Positions 59,394 through 64,000 of a DNA stretch of 64,000 nucleotides are shown here, in pieces. Source of the stretch: an uncultured Acidobacteriota bacterium (GTDB lineage Bacteria > Acidobacteriota > Terriglobia > Bryobacterales > UBA6623). Where the stretch lies: the NCBI GenBank assembly GCA_963805925.1, contig CAWDWB010000008.1, forward strand, positions 3,073 to 67,072. Direction: 5' to 3'. The notes under the pieces are model-generated. The model was not told the origin of the DNA, did not search any database, and was given only the letters and a program-made list of their open reading frames with translations. The position numbers and the translations under genes were made by a program. Numbering within the stretch: position 1 is the stretch's first letter; each line of letters begins with the position of its first letter.

Positions 59394-62300
59394 CTAGTAG
59401 GTAATCCGGAGCATGAACTCCGTCTGCCGAGGCAGGTTGGCCGTATTGTTAATCGTGCCAAACCCTACATTTCCGAGAGTCGTGTTAGGCCCGCTGAAAA
59501 CCGGATGGTTCAGGAGGTTGTACGAAGCAACGCGGAATTCAACCTGCGCGGTATCGCCGATTTTCACTTTCTTCGCAAGCGTCAGATTGAAATTGTTCAT
59601 CCCCGGGGTGCGCAAAGAACTGATCCGGGGCGACAGATTGCCAAACGTGAAGTTGGCAGGCTGCGCGAACGCATCCTCGTTGAAGTAGCGGTCGAGGCGA
59701 TCTCCGATGCCGCCGGATATACCCTTTTGAGGATCGCCGGCGGCGTTCGGTCTTTGAGCCCCTTCACCGACGCCGAAGATCGTCGACGGAGACGTCGAAA
59801 AGCCCAGAGGGAAGCCTGATTGGAAAGTATTGAACATCGAAATCTGCCAGCCCCCCACAAACGCGTCAGTCACCCCATTTAGGCCGTTCAAATACTTTCG
59901 ACCTCTGCCGAATGGCATTTCATAGGCAAACGTCGTAGTAAGCCGATGAGTGGCGTCGAATGAACTGATTGACCTCTCAGCCTGGCGGTCGTAGTTGTTT
60001 TGCGGCGAGAAAATATCACCCATATTCTTAGACCACGTGTAAGAAACTAACGCGGTTAGGCCACTCGCCATGCGCTTTTGATACTTCGCCTGCAGGGCGT
60101 GGTAGGCGCTATTCCCATACGCGGGCGAATCGCGAAGTATATCTAAGAACTGAGGAAACGGCCGTAAGAGTTGCTTCCGTTGCACCTTCAGGCCAGCGAG
60201 CGCTCCCGATTCGATAAGCCCAAAGAACGGATTGTCAACGCTTTCGTTCAAGGCTGCTCCCATCGTCAAGTACTGCGGCGGCAGTTGGTTGATGTTTTCC
60301 CGGAAGCCCGTTTGAGCCTGATCCGTAGCAAGGTCGATGCCGCGACTGCCGACATAAGCCACTTCAATCAGACCTTGTCCCGAAAAGCTGCGTTGGATGT
60401 TGAAGGTCCAAGTGTGGAACATCGGGGTTCGGTCCTGCGGCTCTAGGAATGTGACACTTTGCCCAACTCGGGTCAAGAGCCCTTCGGAGCTGCCGGTAAT
60501 CGGCAAATGTCCATTGGGGAAGGGGTCCTGCAATGTGTTCAGCGGGGTAACGCCATCCTGACTGGTTACCCATGGCGTATCCGAGTCGAACCCTGGCGAC
60601 AGAACACTGCCGATCACGGGAATGTAGTAGAGAGCGTAGCCGGTCCTCAGAACGAGGTTGTCGCGGAGCCGATACGCGATTCCAATGCGAGGCGCGAAGT
60701 TGTTCTTATCCGCATCATAAATCGCGCGCGGATTTCCGTCGATACCCACGAAAGTTAAGCCGCCCCTGAGGTCCATTCCAGGAACCTGTAGCGGACTGGC
60801 GCAGGCGTAGCAGAACTGCCGTGTGGCTCGGTTGTAGCGTTCCGTACTGGGCGCTTCATAAGAATAACGCAAGCCGAGATTCAAAGTGAGCTTTGAACTG
60901 GCTTTGTAATCGTCCTGCACATAGCCCGCATAGTACTTATTCAGGATGGAAACGCCTGAAGCCGTGGGAATATCTCCGCCGCCCAACCCCACCAACATGG
61001 AAGCGATCGGGAAGCCGCTGCTGGACGACGGCGTTGTGGCGCTCGGGCCGTTCGTCCACGAGTTGCTAAAGCTGAAATTGCCCGCAGGCGTCCCATTGCT
61101 AAAGAAGTTACCGTACAGGAGGCGGCCTTCGAATCCTATCTTGATCAGGTGCCTGCCTCGCACCAGCGAAGCGCTAGGCTGGAGTGACCAGGTGTAGCCC
61201 GGTTGCTCGAGATATTCACTATTCGCGAGGTTGATGAAGCCGGAAGCGCTGACCCTCGGGAATGCGGCGCTCTGCACGTCATTGACGAAGTTCGGGCTAA
61301 AACCGAGAGATGATAGATCGAAGCCTTCCGACCACGGCCGGCGTTGTTCTTTACCCCAGGAGTAGCCGAGCCGGATATCCATTGTAGTGCTCGGGTTGAT
61401 GACAAAGGTGTTTCCCATCGAAAACCCTTGATGAGGCCTGTCTACAACGTTGCGTCCCGGGCTTGCGATGCCGTCGAACTCATGTGGAAAGATCAATTGG
61501 CCTGTGCCCTGGTTGTAGCGCAGGAACATGTTCCATGACGAGTTGAATTGGTGATTTACCTTGGCTACGTATGAATCGTAGTTGCGGGGCCACTTGCCCG
61601 AGAACGTGAAGTTGTTGACCCATGGCTGATCGGGGTTGGGCGGCGTCGTATTGGCGTCGGGATAATACGAGAGGATGTTCCGCCCGACGGGGTCGCGTAA
61701 ACTTTCCGGAATGAAATTGTTCGCAAATACATTTCGCGTGGAGACGCCGTTGACCGTAGCCACGGAAAACGGATCATAGATCGGACGACCGCCCAACTCA
61801 GAGAAGTCCCCCTGGCGCATCAGAGTGGTCGGCACGCTCCGTCGTACGTTCAGGGCATTGCCTTCGCGGGCGCCCTCGTAGCTGAAAAAGAAGAAACTCT
61901 TGTTCTTCACGATCGGGCCGCCGACAGTGGCCCCGTACGTGTTGGCTCCAAATGCGGCTAAGTCTTGGCCTTGTCCGCGACCGAAGAACGTATTCGCATC
62001 GAGGTACGAATTTCGAAAGTACTCGTAAACGGATCCATGGAACTCGTTGGTTCCGGTCTTAATCACGATGTTCATAAAGCTTCCGCCCGAGCGTCCATAC
62101 TCGGCCGGCAAGATTCCCGTCTGCAGTTTGAACTCGCCGACTGCGTCGACCGCCGGTACCCACTGCGAGATATTGACGGCACGGTTCACATTGACAGTAT
62201 TGATCGCGCCGTCCACGGAGACGTCGCCCGAAGCCACAGGAGAACCGTTTGCCGAGAACAAGACGTTCGTGATCGTGTCGTTCGGTCTGGTGTCCTCGCC

Positions 62301-62834
62301 GTATCGATTGTTGACGACGCCGGGAGCGAGCGTAAACATGAAGAGACTGCTGCGACCTTTGAGCGGCAGGTTGTCCTTGATGTCCGCTTCGATGGTGGCG
62401 CCTGACGACGACTCCTCCGTCTGGATCAGACTCACGTTTCCTGAGACTTCGATCGTTTCCGTAACGGCGCCTAGTTCGAGAGTCACGTCGATACGCTGGT
62501 TCTGTCCGAGACTGAGTACAATCCCATCTTGCACCTGCGTTTTGAAGCCATCGCTCGTTGTCGAAAGTTTATAGCGACCAGGTTGCAAAAACTGGAATAC
62601 GTACAGGCCGCTGGCATTCGTCGTCGTCCGGTTCTCTACGCCTGTTGCATTGTTGACCAGCGTCACCGCCGCTCCCGGGATTGCCCCCCCGCTGTTGTCA
62701 GAAACGGTTCCTTGGACAGTCGCGCGAAATTCTTGCGCAGAACTTGTCGGGGAGAAGAGAGAAAACGCGACACATGTAAAGGCTACGAGTGTAAGTTTAC
62801 CGTCGACAAAAAGACTTTTCATGCGACCCTCCAC
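59394..62834 (-). CDS. TonB-dependent receptor with an N-terminal CarboxypepD_reg-like domain
   Basis: 1146 aa with a signal peptide and GTVSDNSGGAIPGAAVTLVNNATGVENRTTTNASGLYVFQFLQPGRYKL (carboxypeptidase-regulatory-like). A plug region, a long beta-barrel and a C-terminal ...MLRITY aromatic end follow. Confidence 0.85.
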   Translation of the reverse strand: MEGRMKSLFVDGKLTLVAFTCVAFSLFSPTSSAQEFRATVQGTVSDNSGGAIPGAAVTLVNNATGVENRTTTNASGLYVFQFLQPGRYKLSTTSDGFKTQVQDGIVLSLGQNQRIDVTLELGAVTETIEVSGNVSLIQTEESSSGATIEADIKDNLPLKGRSSLFMFTLAPGVVNNRYGEDTRPNDTITNVLFSANGSPVASGDVSVDGAINTVNVNRAVNISQWVPAVDAVGEFKLQTGILPAEYGRSGGSFMNIVIKTGTNEFHGSVYEYFRNSYLDANTFFGRGQGQDLAAFGANTYGATVGGPIVKNKSFFFFSYEGAREGNALNVRRSVPTTLMRQGDFSELGGRPIYDPFSVATVNGVSTRNVFANNFIPESLRDPVGRNILSYYPDANTTPPNPDQPWVNNFTFSGKWPRNYDSYVAKVNHQFNSSWNMFLRYNQGTGQLIFPHEFDGIASPGRNVVDRPHQGFSMGNTFVINPSTTMDIRLGYSWGKEQRRPWSEGFDLSSLGFSPNFVNDVQSAAFPRVSASGFINLANSEYLEQPGYTWSLQPSASLVRGRHLIKIGFEGRLLYGNFFSNGTPAGNFSFSNSWTNGPSATTPSSSSGFPIASMLVGLGGGDIPTASGVSILNKYYAGYVQDDYKASSKLTLNLGLRYSYEAPSTERYNRATRQFCYACASPLQVPGMDLRGGLTFVGIDGNPRAIYDADKNNFAPRIGIAYRLRDNLVLRTGYALYYIPVIGSVLSPGFDSDTPWVTSQDGVTPLNTLQDPFPNGHLPITGSSEGLLTRVGQSVTFLEPQDRTPMFHTWTFNIQRSFSGQGLIEVAYVGSRGIDLATDQAQTGFRENINQLPPQYLTMGAALNESVDNPFFGLIESGALAGLKVQRKQLLRPFPQFLDILRDSPAYGNSAYHALQAKYQKRMASGLTALVSYTWSKNMGDIFSPQNNYDRQAERSISSFDATHRLTTTFAYEMPFGRGRKYLNGLNGVTDAFVGGWQISMFNTFQSGFPLGFSTSPSTIFGVGEGAQRPNAAGDPQKGISGGIGDRLDRYFNEDAFAQPANFTFGNLSPRISSLRTPGMNNFNLTLAKKVKIGDTAQVEFRVASYNLLNHPVFSGPNTTLGNVGFGTINNTANLPRQTEFMLRITY

Positions 62835-63159
62835 TGTAGATATTTCTGCGATTAACCTTCCCTTGTTCGGCGACGCCGAGCACTGTCAACGATCGATCGC
62901 CGGCGGCTTTTTCTATCAGTTGAAAGATATATCTGTCAAGCCATTTGGGCAGCGTGTTTCGCATTGTGAAACGCACACCTCTCCGTGGGTGAGGCCGATC
63001 CGATGGACACCTGCGACCCCGAGCCTGCGTCGGAGAAGTTTGACGACATGGTCGTGGATTGGAGCAAGCAGAAAAACGCCGGCCAGCGTTTCGGATGCGA
63101 ATATCGCAATCTTCCTCGGTTCGGAGAGAGATGGGAAGGAGAGGAAAAAGCGTCCGTCG

Positions 63160-63336
63160 ATGACCCTGGCAGAAGCATTCCCGAAATGCCGACCCATGGA
63201 GGTTGAGCCTATCCCAGACGACGAGTCATTGGCGGAAGCCCTCAAAGTGTTGGGGCGTGATCCAATTCTGCTGGCATACCACGACCCAGACCCATCGATT
63301 TTCTCCGGGATCGTGACGCCGTTCGATCTCCTATGA
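63160..63336 (+). CDS. single CBS-domain-like small ORF or gene fragment
   Basis: MTLAEAFPKCRPMEVEPIPDDESLAEALKVLGRDPILLAYHDPDPSIFSGIVTPFDLL fits the CBS pattern (...tv.pd.sl.eal..l......pv.d....l.GivT..Dll). AAGGAG lies about 18 nt upstream. It competes with minus ORF 62916..63500. Confidence 0.35.
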   Translation: MTLAEAFPKCRPMEVEPIPDDESLAEALKVLGRDPILLAYHDPDPSIFSGIVTPFDLL

Positions 63337-63371
63337 ACCGATGACGAGTCAAAGTCTGACTTCTTAACGTG

Positions 63372-63783
63372 TTGCTTCGATCGGCGCCTGCGCTCCTCGA
63401 CGAATCCGGCAATGAGCCCGTAACTGCGCACCCACAGCCGCTGAACGATCACCTGCTCTGACGCGGTCTTTTGGGAGGTAGAAAATCTCCTCCGCCGCAA
63501 GCCGGTGCGGGCGGGAGCGTGGGAACTGCCTTAGGCTTTCAAGCTGCCGTTTTTTAGGAACGTAAATCGCGGATGTCCGCCGGACTTTGCGCTTCGCAGC
63601 AGACAGCCGAGGAAAATCGCGCCGATCATCAGCAGACCGCCGAGGGACCGCCAGACGCCCAAGGCGAGTCCGGCGGAGAACAGCACGGCGGCGACGGCGC
63701 AGAACCGGTAGGGCGTCCGGAGCGGGTGGCGCTTGAGCCCGTTGCGCAGGCTGTCACCGGGTGATGAGACGTCGTCCTGAGCC
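63372..63783. repeat. segmental duplication, copy B
   Basis: Partner of 47380..47802. Here the membrane-protein gene continues intact upstream. Confidence 0.8.
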
Positions 63784-64000
63784 TTCAACGCCTTTCGCGT
63801 GAGGATGAGGCCTGTTCCGTTCCAGCCTACGTAGACGCCGACGGCGGCGACAACGCAAGCAGTCAAGGTTCCGCCGATGTAGAACGCCACGTGCGGCGGC
63901 AGATGTAGGGCCAGCAACGGGGTCAGAAGGTCGTCGATGGCCGTGTTGAGCAGCAAGCCGGCGACCAGAGCGGAAAAGCCGAGGATGAGGTCGCGGCGGA
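63531..64000 (-). CDS. integral membrane protein; 5-prime end beyond the right window edge
   Basis: The track ORF 63531..63956 stays open upstream to the window end (..RDLILGFSALVAGLLLNTAIDD..). It has several hydrophobic segments. A C-terminal paralogous fragment lies at 47550..47802. Confidence 0.6.
   Translation of the reverse strand, partial: RRDLILGFSALVAGLLLNTAIDDLLTPLLALHLPPHVAFYIGGTLTACVVAAVGVYVGWNGTGLILTRKALKAQDDVSSPGDSLRNGLKRHPLRTPYRFCAVAAVLFSAGLALGVWRSLGGLLMIGAIFLGCLLRSAKSGGHPRFTFLKNGSLKA

Noticed and set aside
62916-63500. 194-aa minus ORF upstream of the TonB receptor as a possible regulator
   Set aside because: No HTH or other motif was recognised. Its N-terminal half lies in the duplicated non-coding segment, and the opposite strand carries a better-looking CBS-like ORF. 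It is left uncalled.

Overview
GC-rich bacterial chromosomal window. Its gene families look Acidobacteriota-like, which is inference only: three Ser/Thr kinases fused to TPR or TolB-like beta-propeller domains, two ECF-type sigma factors (only 42416..43006 directly precedes and overlaps its kinase), a CarboxypepD_reg-type TonB-dependent receptor, and many secreted alpha/beta hydrolases and peptidases. Most of the window is accessory or decaying DNA. (i) 1.6-24 kb: integrase/recombinase-associated islands marked by three direct copies of a tRNA-3-prime-end-like block plus an AT-rich 17-bp core. They carry hydrolase genes, an ICE remnant (relaxase-like gene, candidate oriT palindrome, broken coupling protein), two tyrosine integrases (one broken) and two closely related serine recombinases. 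(ii) 24-46 kb: sigma/kinase loci with adjacent secreted HExxH proteins, an IS256 with an intact 8-bp target duplication, and a 650-bp non-coding stretch made of three iteron-built palindromes. (iii) 47.8-57 kb: an IS graveyard with IS1380 and IS630 remnants and two identical inverted IS110/IS1111-type copies bracketing an ISL3 and an IS5-type element. (iv) 57-63 kb: a possibly exported FMN alpha-hydroxy-acid oxidase coupled to a tetrahaem cytochrome c, next to a TonB-dependent receptor. At least 15 genes are interrupted by frameshifts, in-frame stops or truncation. No rRNA, intact tRNA or CRISPR array was seen. All homology statements come from by-eye motif recognition, not from searches.
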